Origin: Felis catus
Lineage: Eukaryota
Reading direction: 5' to 3'
Assembly (NCBI RefSeq): GCF_018350175.1
Contig: NC_058368.1
Coordinates: 84,322,001-84,386,000 of the forward strand
DNA: 64,000 nt
Shown: piece after piece, positions 36,007-55,423 of the stretch
Layout: every line of letters begins with the position of its first letter
Numbering within the stretch: the stretch's first letter is position 1
Notes under the pieces: model-generated
The model's input: only the letters and a program-made list of their open reading frames with translations
Databases searched by the model: none
Told to the model about the DNA's origin: nothing
Position numbers and translations under genes: made by a program

Positions 36007-37560
36007 TCTCAAGGATTTTTTTCAATGGATCCTATTTATGGGATGTTTTAACCAGAGCTCTAGGTATTTATGATGTTTCCATCTGCCAGTAAGAAAATGA
36101 TTGCTGACTTGTTTGCTTCCTCTCCCTGACCCATTGAGTGATAGTCTATAACTCATAGTAACTGCACCTAATCTCTACTGAATTTAGCTGGGACCAATCC
36201 TTGGACCTTGAGGGAAGTAGTCAGTGATGAGGCCCACAGGAGGTTCTGTAAAGAAAGCCTGACTCTGCTCCCAGACAGCTACCTGGACCAACTTGTTAGG
36301 ATTCAGGGATAACATCTGAGATAAAGACAATAGCAGAACAGATTCCATCCCCATAAGGGGCTTTTCTGCTATTCTGGGTTCTCAGATCCCTGGAGCGAGG
36401 GCAATGAAGGATGTCTGTAGAATGTTTGCAAACAGCTTGGATGAACTGAGAATTAAGAAGGAATGCTTCTTCCTTCTCCCCAGCTTTTCCTGAAAATGTG
36501 AAAAGCACTTCTAGGAAAATGCCATCAACTTTCAATATTATTTTTTGTGGACTACACATGTTCCTTTTCACCCCTTCCAGGGTTGCTTTCACCCAGGTCC
36601 AGAGTTGCTTTCTCAAGGTTAGGCCAGAGAACTTTGAAGCTGTGTACCAGTGTGGAGTGGTTGTTTATCAGGTATTGTCCAAAGCCAAGGTGCAGTACTT
36701 TGGGGTTTCTCAGATACCATCCTTTGCCCAGGCCCCAGCCCTTTCTGATACTTTTTGCCCAGGCTTCTGCTTACGTATGGGTTTAGGCTTCATCTCATTG
36801 CCCTCCTTGACCTTCCAGGTCTGGCTGGGTTCACATTGGTGACTTAGGAAACCAGGGTCTCAGAGGAAGGTTATCGATGTGGTCTAGGGGAGTTTTGGAA
36901 AACTGGTCTGCAGATTCTAGGTTCCTTTTCTGGTAAGCAGGCTCTGTGGCCCAGGGGCTTTCTCATTGCCCATCCCTTCTTGGTGTTTCCTAGTGTATCT
37001 CCAGGCTAAGACCTCTGGCCTAAGGACAGAAAACTGGCTGGGTACTCCTCATCCCCTCCCAAGCAGAGTTTTGGAGGCAAACTCCCTCTCTGAATCCCTC
37101 CTGCCCTTCGTGGTGGCATGAAGACCTCCTTCCCCATATTTCTAGGAGTCCTATGGCTTTGCCTCTTCTTGGAGAATGAAATGCAGGAGATGGCCTAGCT
37201 GAGGAAGTTACAAGAAATGAGGGACTCTGTGCTCACCTGGCCATTCCCCAAGGTGTAGCTGTTACAGCTTTAACTGTAGCATACAGTGACTTTCTCCCTA
37301 TAGGGCTCGCAGTGAAGGGTGAACTGGGCTGCAGCGCACCCTAGAAAAAGTCACAGAGTCTGCTTACAAGAAAAGGAACCTAGAATCTGCAGACCAGTTT
37401 TCCAAAACTCCCCTTCCCTTTGCCACTCCCTTTCTAGGCCTTCAGAAACGGAAAATAACACGCAGTTTGAGGAGGTGCACCCTGGCGTGGGAGTGGCACA
37501 CATCCCTGCCAGCCTGCATTCCGGGGACTCCACCCCCCCACGCCCGGCTTGGCCCTCACC

Positions 37561-38937
37561 ATGTTAGCTGCATCAGAGATGGCGGCAGCAGCAGGAAGGC
37601 CTTACATATGCAGTGAGTGTGGCAAGAGCTTCCGCTACAGTTCGGTGCTGCTGCGTCATGAGCGTGCTCATGGCGGTGACAGCCGCTACCGCTGCCTAGA
37701 CTGTGGTGAGTGCTATGCCCTGGCTGCTGACCTCCGTGCGCACCGACGCGCCCATGCTGGCCAAACACTCTACATCTGCAGTGAGTGCGGCCAGAGCTTC
37801 CGCCACAGCGGCTACCTCGACCTGCACCAGAGTGTACATAGACAGCGCAGCCGCTCCTGCTCTTGCCGTGCCTGCGGCCGCAGCTTCCCACACCTCCCGG
37901 CTCTGCTGCTGCACCGGCGCCGCCTGCATCCCCCAGAGCGGCCCCGCCGCTGTCCGCTGTGTGCCCGCACCTTCCGACAGAGCGCGCTACGCTTCCACCA
38001 GGCGCGCGCACACCCGTGGGGGTCACCCATCACACCCACCGACCCATTGCACCGCTGCACACAATGCCCACGGGCGTTCCGCAGCTACGCAGGGCTGCGG
38101 AGCCACGCGCGCGTCCACGTGGCCCGGAGCCCTGGAGACTCCACACCTCCGCAGCCTCATGCTCCGGGTGCACACCAGTGCAGTGTGTGTGGGAAGAACT
38201 TTGGTAAGAGCTCAACACTAACACGACACCTGCAGATTCACTCAGGTGAGAAGCCCTTCAAGTGCCCCGAGTGTGGAAAGGGCTTCTTGGAGAGTGCCAC
38301 GCTCGTGCGCCATCAGCGCACACACACAGGTGAGAAGCCCTACATGTGCGGGGACTGTGGGCGCCGGTTCAGCGAGAGTTCCACCCTTTTGCGCCACAGG
38401 CGCAGCCACCAGGGAGATCGGCCCCACGCATGCACTACATGTGGAAAGGGCTTTGGGCAGCGCTCTGACCTAGTGGTGCACCAGCGCATACACACGGGCG
38501 AGAGGCCCTTCCCATGTGCCGAGTGCGGCCGCCGCTTCAGCGACCGTTCTGACCTCACCAAGCACCGGCGCACACACACAGGCGAGAAACCCTACCATTG
38601 TGAGTTGTGTGGCAAATGTTTCACGTGCGTATCTAACCTCAACGTGCACCGGCGCAACCATGCTGGTCACAAGCCCCACAAATGCCCTGAGTGCGGCAAG
38701 GCCTTCAGCGTGGGGTCCAAACTGGCACTGCACCGCAAGACACACCTGGGCGAGCGGCCAGCAGAATGTGCTGAGTGCGGCAAGTGTTTCAGCCACAGTC
38801 GCTCGCTCTCACAGCACCAGCGGGCCCACACACGAGCGCGTGCCGCCACCGCTGCCACCCAAGCAACCGCAGGAGCTGCCCTCATCTTTGCAGGGCAGGC
38901 AGAACAGGAGAAGCCGGACTTTTTGTGTCCCAGCTGA
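37561..38937 (+). CDS. ZNF672: Zinc finger protein 672, 458 aa, 14 C2H2 fingers, no KRAB or SCAN domain, single coding exon
   Basis: ORF 37549-38937 with first ATG at 37561 (CACCATG). 14 CxxC...HxxxH units with TGEKP-type linkers. Resembles recalled human ZNF672 (YSSVLLRHERAHGGD, HLPALLLHRRR). Exon acceptor ends at 37303. Confidence 0.95.
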   Translation: MLAASEMAAAAGRPYICSECGKSFRYSSVLLRHERAHGGDSRYRCLDCGECYALAADLRAHRRAHAGQTLYICSECGQSFRHSGYLDLHQSVHRQRSRSCSCRACGRSFPHLPALLLHRRRLHPPERPRRCPLCARTFRQSALRFHQARAHPWGSPITPTDPLHRCTQCPRAFRSYAGLRSHARVHVARSPGDSTPPQPHAPGAHQCSVCGKNFGKSSTLTRHLQIHSGEKPFKCPECGKGFLESATLVRHQRTHTGEKPYMCGDCGRRFSESSTLLRHRRSHQGDRPHACTTCGKGFGQRSDLVVHQRIHTGERPFPCAECGRRFSDRSDLTKHRRTHTGEKPYHCELCGKCFTCVSNLNVHRRNHAGHKPHKCPECGKAFSVGSKLALHRKTHLGERPAECAECGKCFSHSRSLSQHQRAHTRARAATAATQATAGAALIFAGQAEQEKPDFLCPS

Positions 38938-39827
38938 GGGAAACTTGCTGAGAAGCTTCTCTGGAATGGGCTCAGCAAGTACCAATATACTGCCACAGGG
39001 ATGGTGGGGCAGCTCTGCAAATGGGAGTCTGTATAAAAACAGCATGGCTGTCTGTCACCCCCTGTCACGCCCCTACATCCATTTCCCTTGTCAGCTCTTC
39101 CTGTCCATCCTTCCTGCTACCTCTGGGGTATAGGTGCAGGGAACTGGGAAAACCTAGACATGGAAGAAAGCCCAGGTATTGGTGTGTTCCCATTGCTGCT
39201 ACTGTGCCCTCAAATGTTTTCTTCCTGGTTTCCCACCTGTATTGTCTTCTCTTGTCCCGTCCCCTTTTTCCAGCCTGAGTCTCCTCTAGCTCTCCTTCCT
39301 GGATACTTTTGTTGTCCTGCCTCTTCAGGTAATGATCACAGGGTGGCCACAGGGACAACCCACCTGCCTTACGGTCTTCTTGCCTCCTGGTTCCACTTGA
39401 CAGCTTCTCTGCTGCTTTCTCCCTGGGCTCTGAGAGATGGGAAATTTTTAGGCAGAGATGATGAGATTTCTCATTTCTGTGAAAGGCATCCTGCCATAAG
39501 CAATCAGCCTGCTGCCCAGCAGAGAAGGCCCACTCCAGTGAGGGTGGGCAGGAGCCCTCAGCAAAGCATCCACCTGTCCCATGGGCCAGACCTGATGGTG
39601 TCCAGATCAAGGTCCCTCTCAGGACACTGTTCTCTAGCTAGGTGGGCCACATTAGCTTTGGGACCTAGACTTAGACCACATGGATAAAGCAGGATACTGC
39701 CAAATGAAACATCAGAATGTTATATCCAAATCAATCTTGGAGCCATGGGGAAACAGCTCCACAGAGGCAGTAGTGCAGGGTAGAAAATCTGGAGTTGTCC
39801 AGTGATTTTTTTGCTTATGGCTGTTGA

Positions 39828-39833
39828 AATAAA
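39828..39833 (+). terminator. ZNF672: Probable ZNF672 polyadenylation signal
   Basis: AATAAA followed by GT-rich sequence, about 0.9 kb after the stop. Confidence 0.7.
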
Positions 39834-40376
39834 GAGTTGTTTGTTTGGGTTCCAGATACCAAGAGCCTCTTTTCTCAAAGCTTGAGGCTGCTGTCTTTGC
39901 AGACTTCAAGAGTGATCCAAAGGCCATGCTCTTTTGAAGTTCCAAGATATCTTGTCCCCTCCCAAGTGATCTTGCATGTAGTGCCCCCTTGATTTTGCAC
40001 TGGAAGGCAAGACTCTTAAGGCCTATACACTTGGTTCTCAGTGAAGAGTACAAATGTGGCTCAGGCTCACATACCTCCATTCCTGCTCCAGCTATCCCTC
40101 TGGAATGACCCAGTGCTCTGCATACTGTCACAGCCTGCCCTGCTTGAGCACAAGAATAGGTATGACACTCAACTGAAAAGGACTGCAAAGTGTCAAACCA
40201 AATTGGGAAAGAAAGCTAGGTCCTTGAGGTAGGGGCCTACAGACAGAGAAACAGGGCCTGCACCTATGGTGCACTCAGGCACATTCTAGCAGAGCCTGCT
40301 TCCAGAGGAATAAGGATTCCCATTCTTCAGGTGCCAAAACATTCACTCTGCTCACACACAACTGTAAAATACTGAG

Positions 40377-40382
40377 TTTATT
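40377..40382 (-). terminator. ZNF692: Probable ZNF692 polyadenylation signal
   Basis: AATAAA on minus about 160 nt after the stop, followed by a TGTGTG element. Confidence 0.75.
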
Positions 40383-40542
40383 CTGTTGTTTAAGAAGGCT
40401 AAAGTAGCCTGTCTTGGTTTTTTTTTTTGCCCCCCACCCTACACTCCCTGTCACCTTAGTTTCTGGGGACTAGGCATCTGGCCCTTCTCTTCCTTGCTCC
40501 CCTTCAGTCCCTAGGGTCTGGCTTCTCAGAGCCCAGGAATGC

Positions 40543-47962
<7,420 letters not shown>

Positions 47963-48329
47963 AGGCACCAGGACCTACAAGGTGGAGGAGACACTAATAT
48001 GGGCGTACCTGATCCCGGGCCTCTGGCTCCACCCGCCATTGGGGCCTCAGTTTCCTCATCAATGAATTGGAGCAAAACTAAGTCATTTCAATAGCATCCC
48101 CTGCCATTGGGCCCAACTACTCCAGCTTACAGGACATGTAAACTAGCTCTGTGGAGTGGGAGGCAGGGAGACAAAGTCAATGTCAGAACAATGGCCTGAC
48201 TCCGGGCATACTGAAGTGTAGAAACGGAAGCTATGGGGAAGGGGCGTGAGACTTTCATGGAGAAATTTCAGCTGGGGCTGGATGAGGGGTTGGTAAACAG
48301 TTTCACCTTGAAGAGAACATGGGCCTTTA

Positions 48330-48920
48330 CTGGTTGGTGGGGGAAGGGGAGGTCGTGTGTTTTGGGGGCGCTCTTCATAGCGGGGTGAATGTAGGTGGGG
48401 GCGGGGTCTGGAGGGCTCTCCCACCCGGTCTCCGGCCGTCCCACTTAACGCTCACTGTGTGTAGGGCTGGCCAATTCCACAGGCAGCTACCAGGCCACCC
48501 AGAGCGCCCGCCGCGGCCCACCCCGACTCGGCCTTACCTGCGCGCCCCCACCCGCCCTCGCCCGGAATGCGCCTGCGCCTCCCCCGCCTTGCGCGCAGGC
48601 CCGGAGAGCAGAGATGGACAAGGGCCCACCTCGCGCGCACAGCCGCCGTTTCTCTTTTAAGAGGAACCCGTCCCCCTCCGCGTCGGAGCCTGCAGCCGGG
48701 AACAGGGGCCGGGGCTACTGGGAGGGCAGAGACAGAGGCCCGCAGCGCGCGCCTGCGCATTGGCCACCTAGCGTAGCGCCTGCCGGGAGGTGTAGTTCCC
48801 GCAGGAATTGCCCAAGCACCTCGCTTAGCGCCAGGGGAATTGTGGAGGGGTGGCTTTTGTGGCAAGCGCCCGCGCATGATGGGGAAATGAATGGTACCAA
48901 GCCCTCCCCCTGTGTGCCGA
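48330..48920 (-). promoter_or_regulatory. ZNF692: CpG island, ZNF692 promoter and non-coding exon 1 (donor at 48537)
   Basis: CAG|GTAAGG donor; NRF1-like GCGCCTGCGC near 48569 and 48749; CCAAT near 48759; ZNF143-like ACTACACCTCCCGGCA on minus at about 48781-48796. Confidence 0.8.
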
Positions 48921-49884
48921 CCCCAGCCTCTCCAGCCTGCTCATGGATGTTGCCTCCACAATTACTATTTTGTACTTCACCTTCAATTTCTCTCTCTCAG
49001 TTGCCATCAACGGGCACACATGCAGTGCAGAATCAGCCACCCTAAAAAACCAACTAGACTCCTCTCTAGAACCCCAGGGCCCATTCCCTCTGTCTGCATC
49101 AAAAGTCCTCTGAAAAGTTGCCTAGATTTGCTGTGGACTCTTGTTGACTTCCCATTCTCTTTTCTAATGACTCCAGTGGCGTTTTCCCTTTCAAGGAACA
49201 GCTGGAATGGAACGGTCACTTGGCTGTGGTCTCTCCTCCATCAGAGCAACATCTGACAGTGTAGATCTTTCCCTCCATACCCCACCCCCACCCCAAATCC
49301 CACTGGCTTCTGTGACTTCACACTTTCCTGATTTTCTTCCTTCTTCATTGGCTCTTCCTTTCCTTCCTGAATCTCCCCGCTCTGACCCAACAAAATGTAG
49401 TGTCCTCCTGGATCAGGCTCTAAAACAAGTGTTGTCGCTTACCTCTTCTGGAGTGATCTAGTTGCCCGATGGCTTTGTTTTGTTTCTTCCAATTATTTCT
49501 TTAAATTCCAGTTAGTTAACATACAGCGTAATATATTAATTTCAGATTTAGTGATTCATGTACATACAACACTCAAGCTCCTCACAATATGTACCCTGCT
49601 TCATACCCATCACTTATTTAACCAGTAGCCCTGCCCGCCTCCTGTCCATCAACCCTCAGTTTGTTCCCTATAGTTCAGGGTCTGTTTTATGGTTTGCCTC
49701 ACTCTTTTATTTCCCCAATTTTCATCTGATACATTTCTTAAATTTCATATATGAGTGAAATCATATGGTATTGATCTTTCCATGACTAGCTTATTTTGCT
49801 TAGCATAATATACTCTAGCTCCATCCACATCCTTACAAATGGTAACAATTCATTCTTTTTTTTTATGACAGAGTAATATTTCAT

Positions 49885-49885
<1 letters not shown>

Positions 49886-49928
<43 letters not shown>
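49886..49928. repeat. (GT)n(TA)n compound microsatellite
   Basis: Direct reading. Confidence 0.9.
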
Positions 49929-49931
<3 letters not shown>

Positions 49932-50554
49932 CACTTCTTTATCCATTCATCAGTCGATGGACATTTGGGCTCTTTTCATAATTTGGCTACTGTTGATAAT
50001 GCTGTTATAAACATCAGGGTGCATGTACCTCCTTTGAATCTGTATTTTTGTACTCTTTAGATAAATACCTAGTAGTGCAATTGCTGGATCATCAGGTAGT
50101 TCTATTTTTAACTTTTTGCGGAATCTCCATACTGTTTTCTAGAGTGGCTGCAGCAGTTTGCATTCCCACCAAAAGTGCAAGAGGGTTTTTCTTTCTCCAC
50201 ATCCCCACCAACATCTGTTGTTTCTTGTGTTGATAATTTTAGCCATTCTGGTGATTGTGTGGTGGTATCTCATTGTAGTTTTGATTTGTATTTCCTTGAT
50301 AATGACTGATGTTGAGCATCTTTTCATGTGTCTATTTGCTATCTGGATATCTTCTTTGGAAAATTTTCTATTCATGTCTTCTGCACATTTTTTTAACAGG
50401 GTTATTTGTTTTTTGGGTGTTGAGTTTGACAAGTTCTTTGTAGATTCTGGATACTAACCCTTTATCTGTATCTCATTTGCGAATGTCTTGCCCCATTCCA
50501 TAGGATGCCTTTCAGTTTTGGTGATTGTTTCCATTGTTGTACAAAACTCTATCA

Positions 50555-50638
50555 TCTATCTATCTATCTATCTATCCATCTATCTATGATCTATTTATTT
50601 TTGAGAGAGGGCACAAGTGGGGGAGGGACAGACGGGTG

Positions 50639-50691
<53 letters not shown>

Positions 50692-50819
50692 TATCCGAGG
50701 CAAACTCCACACCATCAGCATGGAGCCCAACATTGGCTCAAACTCACAAACCATAGGATCATGACCTGAGCCAAAACTAGGAGTTGGATGCTTACCTGAC
50801 TGAGACACCTAGGCACCCC
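50555..50819 (-). mobile_element. CAN-SINE with (TCTA)n-derived tail and long (GA)n
   Basis: Nested in L1; (GA)n at 50641-50686. Confidence 0.88.
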
Positions 50820-51746
50820 AAACAAAGCTTTTTATCTGATGAAGTTCCAATAGTTCATTTTTGCTTTTGTTTCCCTGCCTCTAGAGATGTGTCTAGTAGG
50901 AAATTGTACCAGTCAAGGTCAAAGAGTTTGCTGCCTTTGTTCTTCTCTAGGATTTTGATGGTTTCCTGTCTCATATTTAGGTCTTTCATCCATTTTTTTG
51001 TATGGTGTAAAAAAGTCTATTTTCATTCTTCTGCATTTTGCTGTCCAGTTTTCCCAATACAAATTGCTGAAGAGACTATCTTTTTCCATTGGATATTCTT
51101 TCCTGTTTTGTTGAAGATTAGTTGACAATATAGTTGTGTATCCATTTCTAGGCTTTCTATTTTGTTCCATTGATCTGTGTGTCTGGTCTTGTAACAATAT
51201 TATACTATTTTGATGACTAGAGCTTTGTAATATAGCCTGAAGTCAGGAATCATGATACCTCCAGCTTTGCCTTTGCTTTTCCAGGATTGCTTTGGCTGGT
51301 TGGGTCTTTTATGGTTCATGCAAATTTTAGGATTGTTTGCTCTAGTTCTGTGACAAATGCTGGTAGTATTTTGATAGGGATTGCACTACATATGTAGATT
51401 GCTTTGGGTAGTATAGACATTTTAAAAATATTTGATCCTCCTATCCATGAGCATGGAATGTTTTCCTGTTTCTTAGTGTCCTCTTTAATTACTGTCATAA
51501 GATTCTATAGTTTTCAGAGTACAGGTCTTTTACCTCTTTGCTCAGGTATATTCCTAGGTATCTTTTGTTTTTGGTGCAATTGTAAATGGGGTGGATTCTT
51601 TTGTTTCTTTTGATGGTGCTTCATTATTGGTGTATAAAAATGCAACAGATTTCTGTATGGTGATTTTATATCCTACAACTTTGCTGAATTCATGTAGAAG
51701 ATCTAGTAATTTTTTTTTTTTTTTTTGTGGAATCCTTTGGGTTTTC

Positions 51747-51975
51747 TTTTTTTTTTTTAATTTTTTTTTTCAACGTTTATTTTATTTTTTGGGACAGAGA
51801 GAGACAGAGCATGAACGGGGGAGGGGCAGAGAGAGAGGGAGACACAGAATCGGAAACAGGCTCCAGGCTCTGAGCCATCAGCCCAGAGCCTGACGCGGAG
51901 CTCGAACTCACGGACTGCGAGATCGTGACCTGGCTGAAGTCGGACGCTTAACCGACTGCGCCACCCAGGCGCCCC
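51747..51975 (-). mobile_element. Young cat-type CAN-SINE
   Basis: Near-identical to 29940-30168; TSD TTTGGGTTTTCT; inserted in the L1 RT region. Confidence 0.93.
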
Positions 51976-53912
51976 TTTTGGGTTTTCTATATAAAGTATC
52001 ATGTCATCTGCAAATAGTGAATGTTTGACTTCTTTCTTGATGATTTGGATGCCTTTTATTTCTTTTTGTTGTCCAATCTCTGAGACCAAGACTTCCACTA
52101 CTAAGTGAAATGGTAATGGTGAAAGTGGACATGCTTGTCTTGTTGCTGACTGTAAAGGAAAGTCTCCCAGTCTTTCCCCAATAAAGATGATATTAGCTGT
52201 GGGGCCTTCATATACAGCTTTTATGATGTTGAGGTCTGTTCCTTCTATCCCTACTTTTTGAGAGTTTTTTTTATCAAGAATAGATGCTGTATTTTGTCAG
52301 ATGTGTTTTCTGCACCTATTGAGAGGATCATATGGTTCTTATCCTTTCTTTTATTAATGTGGTATATCAGGTTTATTGATTTGTGGATATTGAACCAGCC
52401 TTGCAGCCCAGGAATAAATCCTACTTGATCATGAATGATTCTTTTAATGTACTGTTGAATTCAATTAGCTAGTATCATGCTGAAAGTTTTTGCATCCTTG
52501 CTCATAAGGGATATTGGCCTGTAATTCTCTATTTTAGTTTGATCTTTGTCTGGTTTTGGAATCAAAATAATGCTGGCCCCGTGGAATGAGTTTGGAAGAT
52601 TTCCTACCATTCTTGTTTTTTGGAACAGTTTGAAAATAGATATTAACTACTTTTTAAATGTTGGATTGAATTTCCCTGGGAAGTAATCTGGCCCTGCACT
52701 TTTGATTGTCAGAGAATTTTTGACTACTGATGCAATTTTATTTACTGGTTATGGGTCTGTTCAAATATTCTACTTCTTCCTGTTTAAGTTTTGGTAGTTT
52801 GTATGTTTCTAGGAATTTGTTCATTTCTTCCAGATTTCCCAGTTTTGTTGGCATATAATTTTTCATAGTACTCTCTTATAATTGTTTGTATTTCTGTGGT
52901 GTTTGTTGTGATGTCTCCCCTTTCATTTGTGATTTTATTTATTTGGGCCCTTTCTCTTTTCTTTCTTATAAATCTGACTAGGGGTTTATCAATTTTATTT
53001 ATTCTCTCAAAGAACCAGCCCTTAGTTTCACTGATCTGTTCTTCTTCTTCCTCTTCTTTTGTTGTTGTTGTTGTTGTTGTTGTTATTGTTGTTGTTTATA
53101 GTTTATTTCTGCTCTAATTTTTATTATTTCCCTTCTTCTGCTTTCTGTAGGCTTTATTTGCTGTTCCTTTTCTAGTTATTTTAGGTGTAATGTTAGGCTG
53201 TGTATTTGAGATTTTTCTTGCTTCATGAGGTAAGCCTGTATTGCAATACCCTTCCCTGTTAGGACAGCCATTGCTGCATCCCAAAGGCTTTGGTCTGCTG
53301 TGTTTCTTTTTCATTGGCTTTCACGTACTTTTTTAATTTCCTCTTTAACTTCCTGGTTAATCCATTCATTCTTTAGTAGGATGTTCTTTAACATCCGTGT
53401 ACTCGAGAGCTTTCCAAAAAAATGTTTGTGTGTGTGCGTGTGTGTGTGTGTGTGTGTGTGGTTGACTTCACGTTTCATAGCATTGTGTGCTGAAAGTATG
53501 CATGGTATATCTCAATCATTTTGAATATTGAGGGTTGACTTGTGCCCCAGTATGTGATGTATTCTAGACAATATTCCATGTGCACTTAAAAAGAATGTGT
53601 ATTCTGCTGCTTTAGGATGAAATGTTCTGAATATATCTGTTAAGTCCATCTGGTCCAATGTGTCATTGTCTCCTTGTGGATTTTCTGCTTGGATGATGTG
53701 TCCATTGCTGTAAGTCAGGTGTTAAAGTCCCTACTATTATGGTATTATTATTAATGAGTTTATGTTTGTTATTAATTGATTTATATATTTGGGTGCTTAA
53801 GTTGTGGGCATAAAAATTTACAATTGTTAGATCTTCTTGATGGACAGACACCATAATTATGATACAATGCCCTTCTTCATCTCTTGTTAGTCTTTGTTCT
53901 AAAATCTAGTTT

Positions 53913-54113
53913 GGGGGTCCTGGGTGGTTCAGTCAGTTAAATGGACAACTCTTGATTTCAACTCAGGTCATGGTCTCATGGTCTGTGAGTTCGAACCTGC
54001 ATCAGACTCTGCACTGACAGTGTGGAGCCTGCTTGGGATTCTCTCTCTCTCCTCTCTCTCTGCCCCTCCCTGCTTCCTCCCCCTCAAAATAAATAAATAA
54101 ACTTAAAAAAAAG
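53913..54113 (+). mobile_element. CAN-SINE
   Basis: Head, CT body and A tail, inside L1. Confidence 0.88.
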
Positions 54114-54135
54114 ATAAAATAAAGTCAAATTATTT

Positions 54136-54345
54136 GGGTCGGGTGAGTGGTTCAGTTTTTAAGCACCCGACTCTTGATTTCGGCTCAGGTCATGATCGTG
54201 CAGTCTGTGAGATCGAGCCCCACACTGAGCTTCATGCTGATAGCAAGGAAACTGCTTGGGATTCTCTCTCTCCCTCTCTCTCTGTCTCCTCTCCTCTCTC
54301 TCTCTCTCTCTCTCTCTCAAAATAAATAAACATTTATTTTTTTTA
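54136..54345 (+). mobile_element. CAN-SINE inserted in the tail of the previous SINE
   Basis: AAGATAAAATAAA occurs both before and after it. Confidence 0.85.
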
Positions 54346-54632
54346 AGTAAGATAAAATAAAATCTAGTTTAGCTGATATAAGTATGGCTACTCTGACTTT
54401 TCTTTGATGTCCATTAACATGATAGATGGTTCTCTATCCCTTCATGTTCAATCTGCATTTGTCTTTAAGTCTAAAATGAGTCTCTTGAAGGCAGCATACA
54501 GATGGGTCTTTTTTTTACTATTATTATTCTTTCTGATACCTTATGTCTTAATTGGAGCATTTATTCCATTTACATTCAGACTGATTATTGATGGATATGA
54601 AAATAGTGCCACTGGACTATGGGTAAAGTTAT

Positions 54633-54633
<1 letters not shown>

Positions 54634-54671
<38 letters not shown>
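54634..54671. repeat. Long poly(T) run in the L1 inter-ORF region
   Basis: Direct reading. Confidence 0.9.
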
Positions 54672-54673
<2 letters not shown>

Positions 54674-55199
54674 GTTTTCTCTGTTCCTTTCTGGTCTTTC
54701 TTAGTTTTGGTCTGTTTTTCCCACTCAAATAGTGCCCTTTAATACTTTTTGCAGGGCTGGTTTAGTGATCATGAACTCCTTTAGTTTTTGTTTATCTGGT
54801 AAACTCTTTCTCTCCTTCTGTTATGAATGACAGCCTTGCTGGATAAAATATTCTTGGCTTCCTATTTTTCCCACTCAGCACAAAGAATATATCATGCTAC
54901 TCCCTTCTGGACTGCCACATTTCTGTGCACAGATCAGCTGTGAACCTGATATATTTTCCCTTAGGCTAAGGACATTTTTCCCTTTCTGCTTTTGGATTCT
55001 TTCCTTGTCTGTGTGTTTTGTGAATTTGACTATGATATGTTTAGATGATGGCCAGCTTTTGTTGATTTAATGGGATTTCTCTGTGCTTCTTAGATTTTCT
55101 TATGTCTGTGTCCTTATCCAGATTAGGGAAGTTTTCAGCCCAAATTTGCTCAAATAAACCTCCCAACCCTTTTTATCTCTCTTCATCTTTGCGACTCTT

Positions 55200-55423
55200 A
55201 TTATTTTTTAATGTTTTTTTATGTTTTAGTTACTTTTGAAAGAGAGAGAGACAGAGTATGAGTGGGAGAGGTGCAGACAGAGAGGGAGACAGAATCCACG
55301 AAGCAGGCTCCAGGCTCTGAGTGGTCAGCAGAGAGCCTGACGCGGGGCTCGAACCCATGAACCATGAGGTCATGACCTGAGCTGAAGTTGGACACTCAAC
55401 CAACTGAGCCACCCAGGTGCCCC
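55200..55423 (-). mobile_element. CAN-SINE
   Basis: Nested in L1 ORF1 region. Confidence 0.88.

Noticed and set aside
38516..39687. 205-aa, 199-aa and 181-aa ORFs over the ZNF672 end and 3' UTR
   Set aside because: Alternative-frame or UTR shadows of GC-rich sequence with no recognisable homology.
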